Origin: Peptococcaceae bacterium BICA1-8
GTDB taxonomy: Bacteria; Bacillota; Peptococcia; Peptococcales; BICA1-8
DNA: 64,000 nt
NCBI GenBank assembly: GCA_000802045.1
Contig: JUEF01000030.1
Span: 11,767 to 75,766, forward strand
Reading direction: 5' to 3'
Below, piece by piece: positions 1 to 9,044 of this stretch. Position 1 is the stretch's first letter. The number at the start of each line of letters is the position of its first letter. A model generated the notes under the pieces. That model did no database searches. It saw only the letters and a list, made by a program, of their open reading frames with translations, and had not been told where the DNA came from. The position numbers and the translations under genes are program-made.

Positions 1-83
1 TATAACTGCTCTGATAGCTGTTATGTCTGATAACGTCCCGAGAATTCTCGATGCGTCCCGACCACATGCATTGTAGTAGTCTA

Positions 84-227
84 ATCCCTATCCTTTAGGG
101 CATAACCATGGGTTTGTCCTCAAACGGTTTGAATGGTTCCGTTCCAGCTCCTTCGTAGTCTGCTTTGTTGCTATCGTCTACCTTAAAATAGAGAACATCA
201 TCAGCAATTATTCCAAAAATTAAACCA
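84..227 (-). pseudogene. TfoX N-terminal-domain protein fragment (no start codon)
   Basis: Minus-strand frame reads IYYDGLIFGIIADDVLYFKVDDSNKADYEGAGTEPFKPFEDKPMVMP*, resembling the TfoX_N core. It opens directly after a TGA and has no initiator. Confidence 0.4.
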
Positions 228-365
228 TCATAATAAATTCAGATTTCGAACCTTGCATAATACTACACCAATATCATCAACCAGTTTCTCAGCTTCCTCA
301 TTTGATAAATGGGGTAGGCAGAAAGATGCTATGACTGCATCATACTCGTTACCTTTGAAATTCAT
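228..365 (-). pseudogene. class I SAM-dependent methyltransferase remnant (45 aa)
   Basis: MNFKGNEYDAVIASFCLPHLSNEEAEKLVDDIGVVL... is only the middle segment of a SAM-MTase fold. It ends at a TGA in the same frame as the TfoX fragment. Confidence 0.4.
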
Positions 366-510
366 GTCTCTCTTCGTTTTGTCCAAATTGAGTCATCCCT
401 TTCTTTTTCGTTTCTGCGATGGCGTCTAACTTTCGAGCGTATTACCGACGCGTCATTTTAGCTTTCATCTTGGACAAAGTGTTGGGAATACACTCTATCT
501 ACTGTTACGC

Positions 511-1329
511 TCATTCACTTACTGCTTCCAAAGTTATTAGTACAATTTCAGGGCGATTATAAAATCTAACAGGTAAGATGCTTTCTCCTAGACCACCATT
601 TATCACCATGGTTGTGGAGTTTGACGAAAATAGTCCATAATCTAACTTTGGAAAAAGGCCTTGCCCTGGAACAACAATTGCTCCTATAATTGGTATTCGC
701 ACCTGCCCACCATGAGTATGACCTGCCAATACTAAGTCAATTTTAGATTGAATTGCTAATGGATAAATATTTGGCGCATGCGCTAACAATAATCTTGGCG
801 AAGAATCATCGGTTCCTTCCAAAGCCAAATCTAAATTATCCTTTCCTAGGTATGGATCATCTACACCGATAATCCATATGTGTTTATCGCCCTTAGTATA
901 CTTTTGGCTTGTGTTCTCTAATATTTGTACCCCTTCTGATAAAAGTGGCTCTTTAATTTTATAGTCTGTCCACCAATCATGATTTCCGGGAACAAAAAAT
1001 GCCGGTTTTTTTTGCATCCCTTTTATTAAGCTAATAGCCGGATTAATGTTCGGATTATCTTTATCTACTAGGTCGCCAGTAATTGCCACCATGTCAAACT
1101 CATATCGATTTATTAAGTTAATCAAACGTTTCTGGTTACTACCATACTCCTTGCTATGAAGATCAGTTAAATGTAATATAGTAAAACCGTTAAATGAGGA
1201 AGGTAAATTCCTTACAGGGACAACATATTTTTTTACAGCAATAGATTTCACTTCGAAAAACACATAAGATATAAATGTCAGTCCGCCGCCAATAAGAAAA
1301 GTACGCCGTGAAACCTTTCCTATCCTCAA
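511..1329 (-). CDS. membrane-anchored metallophosphoesterase (calcineurin-like, YkuE-type)
   Basis: 272-aa ORF with GDLVD, GNHD and GHTHGGQ metallophosphatase motifs and an N-terminal hydrophobic anchor. Confidence 0.85.
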   Translation of the reverse strand: MRIGKVSRRTFLIGGGLTFISYVFFEVKSIAVKKYVVPVRNLPSSFNGFTILHLTDLHSKEYGSNQKRLINLINRYEFDMVAITGDLVDKDNPNINPAISLIKGMQKKPAFFVPGNHDWWTDYKIKEPLLSEGVQILENTSQKYTKGDKHIWIIGVDDPYLGKDNLDLALEGTDDSSPRLLLAHAPNIYPLAIQSKIDLVLAGHTHGGQVRIPIIGAIVVPGQGLFPKLDYGLFSSNSTTMVINGGLGESILPVRFYNRPEIVLITLEAVSE

Positions 1330-1383
1330 ATAAAAAACCTCCCTTTTATAAATGCTCCGATACGTAATTGCAGAAACATCATC

Positions 1384-2109
1384 TCATATATTATTTTCTT
1401 TTAAAATAATGGCCTCAACAGGACAAGATGTTACACAAAGTCCACAGCCATAACATAATTCCGGGTCATATAATAATTGTTCGCTTATTTTTTCCCGAGC
1501 CCCGAACACACACCGCTCCACACAATTAAAACATTTAATACATTTTTCATGGTCATCGAAAGCAACTACACTTGCTTTCCGAACCCAATTCGAACGTCCG
1601 TATTTAAGTAAAGCTTGTAAATCGTGACAACAACAACTGCAACAAGAACAAAGGGCATAATCTGGTTGACCGGGAGAAGAGATAGCCAAATGAACTAACC
1701 CCTCTCTGTCCGCAATAGTTAATATCTCCTGGCCTTCTTCTATCGTTATTTGTTTACCTACTCCTCGCTCCAATAACTCTTGAGCAGAATCATTAAGGTT
1801 AATGCATGTATTAATCGGTTTTTGGCAATTTTGAAAGGTTAAGCGGCAAGAGCATGAAACCAATACACGGTTATTAGCCCTGCTTAAAATATCAAATGCC
1901 TCATCTTTAGTAACTATGAAAGTTTCACCTGCAGCATGTAACTGTTCATGATGCTTAAGAGCTTCACCTATAGTCATTACTTTTGAAGATGGCTTTAAAA
2001 GCCTTTCATCTATATATCTGTCATATATCTGGAGCCTAGACTGCATGTAAAACTCTATGATTTTAGCTCGGTCTCCCTGAGATAATTCCCTTAACTTTCC
2101 TTCTCCCAA
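1384..2109 (-). CDS. 4Fe-4S dicluster domain protein, probably the 3' part of a frameshifted gene
   Basis: Two ferredoxin motifs (CIKCFNCVERC, CYGCGLCVTSCP) plus a CSCCSCCC stretch. The frame stays open upstream of the listed start (ANCNRLFRDGIVSRNKECFKTRSFYGIVNTLL...). Confidence 0.65.
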   Translation of the reverse strand: MGEGKLRELSQGDRAKIIEFYMQSRLQIYDRYIDERLLKPSSKVMTIGEALKHHEQLHAAGETFIVTKDEAFDILSRANNRVLVSCSCRLTFQNCQKPINTCINLNDSAQELLERGVGKQITIEEGQEILTIADREGLVHLAISSPGQPDYALCSCCSCCCHDLQALLKYGRSNWVRKASVVAFDDHEKCIKCFNCVERCVFGAREKISEQLLYDPELCYGCGLCVTSCPVEAIILKENNI

Positions 2110-2168
2110 AAGGGTATTAACAATCCCGTAGAAACTTCTCGTTTTGAAGCATTCTTTATTACGAGATA

Positions 2169-2384
2169 CTATTCCATCCCTAAAGAGTCTATTACAGTTT
2201 GCTTAACCTCTTCTACGGTCATCTCGAGTTTTTCCGCTATATCTTTTGGTTCGGCCCAATTATTAAAACTCAATAATATTGGTAGCATATCACCGGGAAT
2301 AATAGTTTTTAAAATATCAAGAAAATCCGGCGGGCATTTTATCTTTATTGCTAAACTTTCATATAAATCTAACATAAAAAACAA
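2169..2384 (-). CDS. small protein, probably the detached N-terminal part of the downstream Fe-S gene
   Basis: 71-aa ORF whose 3' end overlaps, in another frame, the upstream extension of ORF 1384..2109. Confidence 0.4.
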   Translation of the reverse strand: MFFMLDLYESLAIKIKCPPDFLDILKTIIPGDMLPILLSFNNWAEPKDIAEKLEMTVEEVKQTVIDSLGME

Positions 2385-2509
2385 TCCCTCCTTTTACTTA
2401 TATTAAAGAGAATTATAGGTCAGTATTTGGGCGTTATGTGATGTCCACACTCTTTTGGTTGTAAAACCCAAGAATTGTTCTAGTCATTCTTGGGTAAAAT
2501 TAGCCTGAG

Positions 2510-2767
2510 GTGAATAATATGTTAATGAACCAGCTAATGAATATGATGGAAAATTTAGTTCAGGAACTAAAAGAAGCTGACCCGGATAAGAGAGATCATT
2601 TCTTAAAAACTACGGTTACCCTTTTTGATATTGCTACTGAAGCTATGGAAAGAAGTCAAGAATTCCGGCAAGGGTTTGCAAAAGTTCATTCAGAATTTCT
2701 TAAATATCCGGAATGTAGAGAAACAGTTGACCTGAGCATAAAAGCTTACGAAAAGTTTGTTGAATAG
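2510..2767 (+). CDS. hypothetical protein
   Basis: 85-aa ORF, helical and acidic composition, no recognisable motif. Confidence 0.3.
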   Translation: MNNMLMNQLMNMMENLVQELKEADPDKRDHFLKTTVTLFDIATEAMERSQEFRQGFAKVHSEFLKYPECRETVDLSIKAYEKFVE

Positions 2768-2819
2768 AAATCAGGTTTGCCTTACCATTAGAAATAATAT
2801 ATGCGCTCCCAAGTTGTTT

Positions 2820-3464
2820 TCATCTTGAAGCTATACACTTCTCTTGGGTAGGGTAAAATGGAAGGAACCCGCCATACATATTTCTAAAAGTTCCACCACC
2901 TGTTCCACCATCTGCGCTAATCATAAAATAGTTCGTAATTCCTGCTAATTTTACTTTAAAGCTCTCAAATTTACTCCATTTTAATACTTCTTCAGAGAAT
3001 TTGTTAATCCCATTAACACCCAATAATTTCGCAGGAGGGTTTAACATAGTATCACAAGTTTCTTTAACAGCCTCAATTATTATTTGGGCAGTTACAGGTT
3101 GAGAACTGTTGAAATCAAACTCAAGCCATTTATTATTCGCAGGAAAAGGTCTGTAATTACTACTTCTAGCCTTTTCCATTTGTTGATAATCAACTAAATG
3201 AAAATCCTCAGATATTAAACCTTTTGGGGTTCTTATTGGATAATCAGAGTTATCCCTATCAGATACATGGAATTTTCGTTTTTCATCCTCAAATCCAAAT
3301 AAAACAATTGCATGACCACCAAAATGATTATCTTCACCTAAATTTAGATATTGAAGATACGGCATATCTACATAGACTAAAACAGGCTGTCCTTTTCTTA
3401 TAAGCAGCTTATTTTTTTCGAAAGCTTTATCATATCGCTTTGTGCTTTTACATTGTATTTTCAC
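2820..3464 (-). CDS. BtrH-like / DUF4872 family protein, probably N-terminally truncated
   Basis: GGHAIVLFGFED and following segments resemble the end of a BtrH_N peptidase-like domain plus DUF4872. About 100 aa of the expected N-terminus are absent. Confidence 0.45.
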   Translation of the reverse strand: MKIQCKSTKRYDKAFEKNKLLIRKGQPVLVYVDMPYLQYLNLGEDNHFGGHAIVLFGFEDEKRKFHVSDRDNSDYPIRTPKGLISEDFHLVDYQQMEKARSSNYRPFPANNKWLEFDFNSSQPVTAQIIIEAVKETCDTMLNPPAKLLGVNGINKFSEEVLKWSKFESFKVKLAGITNYFMISADGGTGGGTFRNMYGGFLPFYPTQEKCIASR

Positions 3465-3559
3465 ATTTAATCTTTTAGATATTTTCCTCTCATCTATTCA
3501 CACAGCACAAAATAAAACAATTCGGCTTACATTATGTTAGTTTTACTTAGTAGTTTTTG

Positions 3560-4018
3560 TTAGTCATTCAATCTAGTACTGTGATATTTTTCGCTTGAAC
3601 CTTCTAAAATGGAAGTTATTTTCTCTACGGTAATCCAATCATCCATATTACTCTGACGATTAAGTTTGAGAGTTTCAATAGTTTCAACATCTTTTATTTC
3701 TATTAGGCAAAGAATTTTTTTACCTGCCCAACGTTTTATTTGAGTATCAGTTAGGTTTAGTTTATTTTGATTTTCAGCAACTACCGCTTTTGATTCATCT
3801 TCTGTCATTTTTTCAGAATTAAATACGCTTTTAACAGTGGCTTTCGCATTAATTAATCCATTACCATTATTTTCAATAAAGTAAAGTGTTTCTCCTTCAA
3901 ATACTCTGCCATGAGGTAACTTTCTACCAGCTGCACCTCTAATAATCATTGTTTTTGTTCCATTTAAAATTTTTTCTAAAACCTTTGCTTTTGCATCGCA
4001 ATAAACTAAATGTTCCAT
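3560..4018 (-). CDS. ASCH/PUA-like domain protein
   Basis: 152-aa ORF. The N-terminal beta-rich segment (TMIIRGAAGRKLPHGRV..GETLYF) is typical of ASCH-fold proteins. This is a tentative call. Confidence 0.4.
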   Translation of the reverse strand: MEHLVYCDAKAKVLEKILNGTKTMIIRGAAGRKLPHGRVFEGETLYFIENNGNGLINAKATVKSVFNSEKMTEDESKAVVAENQNKLNLTDTQIKRWAGKKILCLIEIKDVETIETLKLNRQSNMDDWITVEKITSILEGSSEKYHSTRLND

Positions 4019-4440
4019 CTAAAGTACCCTCCCCATTTTTATTAGTTTATTAACACTATCATGACTCAACCTTTATCAAAACGAGAAATTCTATTTACCA
4101 TTGGAAATAACATTTTCTTCTATTCTTCATCTATTCATCTCTTAAACAAAGACAGGCAAAAATTGAACTCCCATATGTATGTGCCTTCTGCAGACGGTTC
4201 AGTACAACACAAGATTCATGAAGTTCTATATTCTTTTGTGCCATTTCAAAGGTCTCTCAGCTATTATGCTCCGAGGTCTTTTTTACTTTATTCATGGAAC
4301 ATCATAAATCTCTAATTTGTTATCTGACGGTTCGCCCTCATAGACTACCAAAAAGTTATTATTTGGGTGAAATCAGGAGCTTAGGTTTTGCTTGCAAATC
4401 TTAACCCCTAGCGAGCTGGCGTAGTCCATCAAAGGTGGAT

Positions 4441-5358
4441 TTAACGCTCTATTCCGAACAAATCACTTACCGATTTGTGCTTACGATGTAACAGCCAGGC
4501 TACGATCATGCCAAAAATAAATGTGGAAGAAGCTGTCTCTATCATGTGACTAAAGCGTACGCTTGCAATCGGTATAAGCGGATTTTCCAAAATGTGACCA
4601 ATGTTCTGCGGGATACTAAAGAGCAGACCTACAAGGATAGCCGTCCACCAGGCATTGATCTTTGAGCAACGAATAACCGGAAGAGCGCACAATGTCCAAA
4701 GCATGGCACGAAGAATCTGGAAGGAAAATAACCCAGGATCTGTACGCAAGGTATTGGATGTATGCGTCCAAAAAGGCAGAATTTCTCCCGGGCTTCCATA
4801 AAAAGCTCGTAACTCTGGGTTTTGCCAGGCAATGAAATATCCAGCACTCCAATACAGGACAAGATAGGCCATAACGATAACGACCAACTTCAATGCCCAC
4901 TGTTTCACGGGCATGACAAGTGCTGGATTAGACACTGAATCAGCCTTTCCACGACCTTTACCCAAAACCAACACCCCCAGTGGGACAAAGAAGAACGCGA
5001 TCGGAAAACCCATCACAAACAAACGTGGTAAAAGTTGTGCTCCAACCGTAATATTAGAAAGGAAATACCATGTCTCGATTTGCATAATGAATGTTACTGC
5101 ACCGTAATAGGCAAAAGATAATCCCAAGGCTAGTTTCCAGCCGCTCCAACGTGAGCTCAGAACCAGCCCCATCACCAACAGCGTATTGACAATACTAATA
5201 ATTAACATGCCAGTTTCCGCCGATACAAGCCCTGGCTCTGATTTGATATTCGGTATCAGCCCCAAAACAGCCTGCGCTCCACCGATGAAGAAGACGTTGA
5301 ACAACACGACAAGTACAATAAAACGTAAAATCCAACCTAGAACAGAAAAAGCCTTCAT
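4441..5358 (-). CDS. polytopic integral membrane protein, unknown family
   Basis: 305-aa ORF with about 8 hydrophobic segments. It is visibly more GC-rich than its neighbours. The nested ORFs on either strand are artefacts. Confidence 0.6.
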   Translation of the reverse strand: MKAFSVLGWILRFIVLVVLFNVFFIGGAQAVLGLIPNIKSEPGLVSAETGMLIISIVNTLLVMGLVLSSRWSGWKLALGLSFAYYGAVTFIMQIETWYFLSNITVGAQLLPRLFVMGFPIAFFFVPLGVLVLGKGRGKADSVSNPALVMPVKQWALKLVVIVMAYLVLYWSAGYFIAWQNPELRAFYGSPGEILPFWTHTSNTLRTDPGLFSFQILRAMLWTLCALPVIRCSKINAWWTAILVGLLFSIPQNIGHILENPLIPIASVRFSHMIETASSTFIFGMIVAWLLHRKHKSVSDLFGIER

Positions 5359-5547
5359 AATTTACTCTCCTAACTCAATTATTTAGAGCATGTAAAACCT
5401 TGACTAAGTTTTATGCAGCAGTATCTAGCATTTCATTCTTTTATAACCGAGTATTTCACCTAATGACCCTGAGCTTTGCGACGTCGGGGCTTAATAATAA
5501 CCTTCTGATGGTTGATATATTCACATGGAAATTACCTCATAATATCC

Positions 5548-6156
5548 TCATACCTTTTTGAGAATCATTCTAACACTGAAATATATCAATAAAAAACCAA
5601 CAGTAACATTCAAGATTTGTATTACATTATCCGCGAAAAACGTCTTAGCAAAGCTTCCGATTAAAGCAATTAACGTTAAAAAGAACATCGTCGATAATAA
5701 TGCTCCAAATCCAAATAAGTAAATGTCTTTTCTTTTCATGTCTTCTTCTGCGATTTTGGCTGAAAATACACCTGCCCAGAAAATTATTGTAAGGGGATTT
5801 GAAGCAGTGAGGATGATTGCAGTAGAAAATAAATTATTTGAATAATAAATATTCTGTATACTTAAGCTCGGCAAGAAACTAATATTAAATTGACTTAGAA
5901 CTGTGCTAAATCCAAAAATAAACAAGATGGCAGAGCCAAATATTTTTAAACTAAATTTTATATTTTTTTTCTCAATTATCGAAGCTATACCAAGAATAGC
6001 AGTAAGAATAAAAAAACCATCAATTAAAACAACACCTAATACCCCTGTTTCTGCAAAATAAAATCCTCTTAATGACGCCATTTGGAAAATAAAAATACAA
6101 ACAGGGCCTATTGCAAATTGTAATACCATTCCAAAATTGAAACCTTTAAAAATCAT
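5548..6156 (-). CDS. LysE family amino-acid exporter
   Basis: 202-aa, 6-TM protein with LysE-type organisation. It overlaps the upstream Lrp/AsnC gene by 4 nt. Confidence 0.75.
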   Translation of the reverse strand: MIFKGFNFGMVLQFAIGPVCIFIFQMASLRGFYFAETGVLGVVLIDGFFILTAILGIASIIEKKNIKFSLKIFGSAILFIFGFSTVLSQFNISFLPSLSIQNIYYSNNLFSTAIILTASNPLTIIFWAGVFSAKIAEEDMKRKDIYLFGFGALLSTMFFLTLIALIGSFAKTFFADNVIQILNVTVGFLLIYFSVRMILKKV

Positions 6157-6617
6157 TTTGCATAACTCTCAATATTAATATTTTCTTTTAAAGAGGAAAG
6201 AGCAATTATTGTATTTGATTTAAGTACACCTTTAATTTTCTTTAGAATATTTGATAAAAAATTTTCCAGGGATTTGGTATCTTCTACAAGTATTTTTAAT
6301 AAATAATCATATTCACCGACAACATGGTGGCACTCTAATACAGAATTACATTGAACAATAGATTTTCTAAAATCTTCTATATTCTCTGTTTTATCAATAT
6401 TGACAAAAACAAAGGCCAAAAGCTTGTAGTTGATTTTCTCTCTATTAATTTTTATTGTGTATTTTTCAATTATCTTTGCTTCCTCCATTTTTCTTATTCT
6501 TTCTGCTACCGCAGGAATGGAGAGGCTTACTTTTTTGCTTATTTCCGAAGTAGTTGCCCTGCTATTTTCTTTCAAGACATTAATAATTTTCAAATCAATT
6601 GTGTCCATAATAATCAC
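6153..6617 (-). CDS. Lrp/AsnC family transcriptional regulator
   Basis: LDxxDxKIL-type start (IDLKIINVLKENSRATTSEISKKVSLSIPAVAERIRKME), an HTH_AsnC plus RAM domain layout. Confidence 0.9.
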   Translation of the reverse strand: MIIMDTIDLKIINVLKENSRATTSEISKKVSLSIPAVAERIRKMEEAKIIEKYTIKINREKINYKLLAFVFVNIDKTENIEDFRKSIVQCNSVLECHHVVGEYDYLLKILVEDTKSLENFLSNILKKIKGVLKSNTIIALSSLKENINIESYAK

Positions 6618-7025
6618 CTCGTTTCTTAAATTAATGCTATTCTACACATTAGTTTAAATAAAGTAAATCTTTTCTTAAAATACATTAATATCTTAGGAAA
6701 TTCATGTTTTTACTTTCAATATTTAAACTTCATAGCATAAAATTTAGCATTAAACTTAAAAAACAGAAAGTGGCATTATATATTAGATATATCATATATA
6801 AAACCATAAGAAACTCTCAGAGGCAGACTCAGGTTGGGGTTGATGAGATAACAACCAACCAACTCTTCTAGACACAAGCCAAAATATAAAGGTAGTCTTA
6901 TCATTAGAACCATACAGTAAATGTGCTGTCTCAACCGTTCGTATAGAACTACTACAAATACACTTTGGCCAATGGCACCAAAGTAGCCCAAGTGCTACTT
7001 TTTTTTCGTAGTCTGCCGACTTTAA

Positions 7026-7245
7026 GATAACGTCCAAGCACTCACGACGCCGAGAGCCTTTGCTAGCTTACCCGGTATTGGAATAGGCTGTGGAAAGATT
7101 ACCGTACACCAGCTGGTCTGGCATTTTTTGGCCATGACTACTACGGCTTTCGCTTCCGGCATAATGTCCGCAGGATTGAAACCCGGCGGTGCTCAAGTAA
7201 AACGCTCCAAGGAAGCCACGCCCACTAGATCAGCCTGAAATTCTT
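7026..7245 (-). pseudogene. N-terminal fragment of an Fe-S oxidoreductase-like gene with an in-frame stop
   Basis: Frame reads FQADLVGVASLERFT*APPGFNPADIMPEAKAVVVMAKK. The ADLVG(V/I)A..ERF..AP.G..P.D..P.AK.V(V/I)V pattern is typical of N-termini in the epoxyqueuosine-reductase/reductive-dehalogenase-like Fe-S family. TGA at 7193-7195. No start codon. Confidence 0.4.
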
Positions 7246-7262
7246 TCTATCATGGATAATGT

Positions 7263-7952
7263 TCATAATCTTAAACACAAGGTTTTACTCTCACACTTTA
7301 TTTTTTTAACAAATTTCAAGTTAGATAATTCTATCGAACCTTCTAATTTGTTTTCACTAAATGGCCTAATTACAAAGCAGATTTCTCTAAACCCATTACT
7401 AGAATTAAATAAGTCTTTTAGCTTACAAAAAAAGATTGTTTCTGTAGGAGCTACAGGGATATTAATTTTATTTTCTAAATTTCCAAACTTCGCTTCAAGT
7501 ACAAAAGTTTTAATGTCTGTTGATTTACATTTAAAGCTCAAGTAGTATCCCTTATCATAATACTCTTCTAAATCATCGATACCTGTAATTACATAACTTA
7601 CCCAATTGTCTGAATTATCAGTGATATGATGATACTTTAATGCCAGTATGTTATTATTTGCGTATGCTTCAATTGTTCCTGGCAACTCATAACTAGTATA
7701 AATACCTCTTTTTTTGCCTAACCCATTTTCTATGTTAACTAACTTAGCTAATTCTAACGAAGTAAATTGAAAATCATCAAGTTCTCTTTCTTTTAAATTT
7801 TTAAATATTTCTCTTATACCACTTAAACTATTTAATATTTTTTTCTGAAATCTTTTAGAAAAAAAGAATACTACAGCCAGAATCATACTTAGAATCCCTA
7901 TCATATTAAGAAAAATACTACTTATATCACTAAATGATTTTAAAAAATGCAT
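7263..7952 (-). CDS. orphan membrane-anchored protein (N-terminal TM plus beta-rich domain)
   Basis: 229-aa AT-rich ORF with RBS AGGGGG upstream. No recognisable family. Confidence 0.5.
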   Translation of the reverse strand: MHFLKSFSDISSIFLNMIGILSMILAVVFFFSKRFQKKILNSLSGIREIFKNLKERELDDFQFTSLELAKLVNIENGLGKKRGIYTSYELPGTIEAYANNNILALKYHHITDNSDNWVSYVITGIDDLEEYYDKGYYLSFKCKSTDIKTFVLEAKFGNLENKINIPVAPTETIFFCKLKDLFNSSNGFREICFVIRPFSENKLEGSIELSNLKFVKKIKCESKTLCLRL

Positions 7953-7999
7953 TTTCTTTTCCCCCTATTTGTTATTAATTTTATTTATGACCCATAAGG

Positions 8000-8215
8000 A
8001 ATACCCTAGACGACTATTTCACATAACGATTGTGTTTTGCCGACGTCCTTGAGCCTTCAGGTGACCGCTCATGCCGGGGACCCTTTGGGTAAGCTAACAC
8101 GGGCACCGACTCGGTTGGTGAAAGGATGTGGCGCGCATGCCCCAAATCCCAGCTCAACGCGCCTTTACGGCAAAACTGGGTTATCGGATGGATGAGGCCG
8201 CAGCAAGAGCCGCAT
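8000..8215. other. GC-rich ORF-free structured segment (right-hand half of the split element)
   Basis: 9-bp long-range inverted repeat GTTTTGCCG (8034-8042) / CGGCAAAAC (8168-8176). Local hairpin GCCGC-ATGGAC-GCGGC. No credible reading frame. Confidence 0.4.
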
Positions 8216-8230
8216 GGACGCGGCGACCTT
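8216..8230. repeat. 15-bp direct repeat, copy 1 (GGACGCGGCGACCTT)
   Basis: 14/15 identical to 9030-9044. The two copies bracket the AT-rich two-ORF block. Confidence 0.8.
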
Positions 8231-8239
8231 TAATAGCAT

Positions 8240-8779
8240 TTATAAATCCAGTGTATTAAAAAATGCCTGTAGTTCCTCATTGCTTTTTTCATGCTTTATT
8301 CTATACTCATTAAATTCTTGTATAGGTAGGACAATCTTATATTTTTCTTGCTTAAAAATATTATTATTTCTTGTCGACACTATGAGCTTAAATTCAAAAT
8401 CGTTGATCCAATTAATTGTATTAAGATAATCCTCACGATTCGCACCTGATACTTCAAGATATATAATTAAAATCTTATTCACAGTTTTTTTTGGTTCCAA
8501 GACTATAGGGTATTTAACTTGCGTTTTGTGTTTCATAAATTCTAAAGGTGTAAAAATCTCTTCTTCAGACACAAAGTATTCCGTGAATTTGACATTAACC
8601 TTACTTAATAAAAATTCATCTTTAATTTTACTGAATTTTACTAATTCAACAATAATGTCTTCAATAATCCCAACATTATTACCAAAGTTATTAATAAACA
8701 AATTATAATTTACCATTAAATCAATATAGTTTTCTCCACAATCCTTAGCTTTAAAATGATATTGACGCAACGGAGACAC
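8240..8779 (-). CDS. orphan soluble protein
   Basis: 179-aa AT-rich ORF immediately downstream of the 66-aa membrane ORF. No recognisable motif. Confidence 0.45.
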   Translation of the reverse strand: MSPLRQYHFKAKDCGENYIDLMVNYNLFINNFGNNVGIIEDIIVELVKFSKIKDEFLLSKVNVKFTEYFVSEEEIFTPLEFMKHKTQVKYPIVLEPKKTVNKILIIYLEVSGANREDYLNTINWINDFEFKLIVSTRNNNIFKQEKYKIVLPIQEFNEYRIKHEKSNEELQAFFNTLDL

Positions 8780-8787
8780 ACTGACAT

Positions 8788-8988
8788 TTATTTCTGAGAA
8801 TTTTCAAGATATATTCTATAATTTGCAACAATAAATCCTATTAATAGAATTGCAGTAAATAAATATGATGGCAACTCAATATTTCCATAATATGTTATTA
8901 GCATTCCAATGACATCTAACCCTAGACATATAAGCAAAACACTATTTTTAATAATAAGTGACAAATAGGTAACTAATTTATTCATCAA
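8788..8988 (-). CDS. small two-TM membrane protein
   Basis: 66-aa ORF with two hydrophobic helices and RBS AAAGGAG upstream. Confidence 0.45.
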   Translation of the reverse strand: MMNKLVTYLSLIIKNSVLLICLGLDVIGMLITYYGNIELPSYLFTAILLIGFIVANYRIYLENSQK

Positions 8989-9029
8989 AAACTCCTTTTC
9001 TGTACTTTATTTAATAAACAGCCGTTACA

Positions 9030-9044
9030 GGACGCGGCGGCCTT
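9030..9044. repeat. 15-bp direct repeat, copy 2 (GGACGCGGCGGCCTT)
   Basis: See 8216-8230. Confidence 0.8.

Noticed and set aside
241-262. tRNA-like T-arm (GGTTCGAAATC on the minus strand).
   Set aside because: There is no complementary T-stem, acceptor stem or anticodon arm around it. The sequence is part of the methyltransferase-fragment reading frame.
4061-4315. 84-aa plus-strand ORF in the spacer after the ASCH gene.
   Set aside because: It has no RBS, an odd composition and no motif. The region more likely holds promoter and decayed sequence.
4601-5386. Six short ORFs nested in or antisense to the 4441..5358 membrane-protein gene. The same applies to ORFs nested in hdrA, flxB/C, the PLP-enzyme gene and others.
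   Set aside because: They lie wholly inside longer, motif-bearing ORFs. They have skewed composition, no RBS and no recognisable motifs. These are typical shadow ORFs.
6776-7037. Two overlapping minus-strand ORFs (71 and 81 aa) downstream of the Fe-S fragment.
   Set aside because: They overlap each other in different frames with no RBS or motif. They are probably out-of-frame debris of the same decayed gene. I could not assign them.
7193-7195. In-frame TGA in the Fe-S fragment as a selenocysteine codon.
   Set aside because: The fragment has no start codon and loses frame soon after. The TGA falls where homologues, as I recall the family pattern, have an ordinary residue. A pseudogene is the simpler reading.
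7020-8235. Integron-like attC sites between the AT-rich cassettes.
   Set aside because: I could not find the R''/L''-L'/R' organisation with GTTRRRY cores. The apparent end similarities at 7026-7225 are direct rather than inverted. The 7026-7245 piece translates as a gene fragment. No integrase is in the window.
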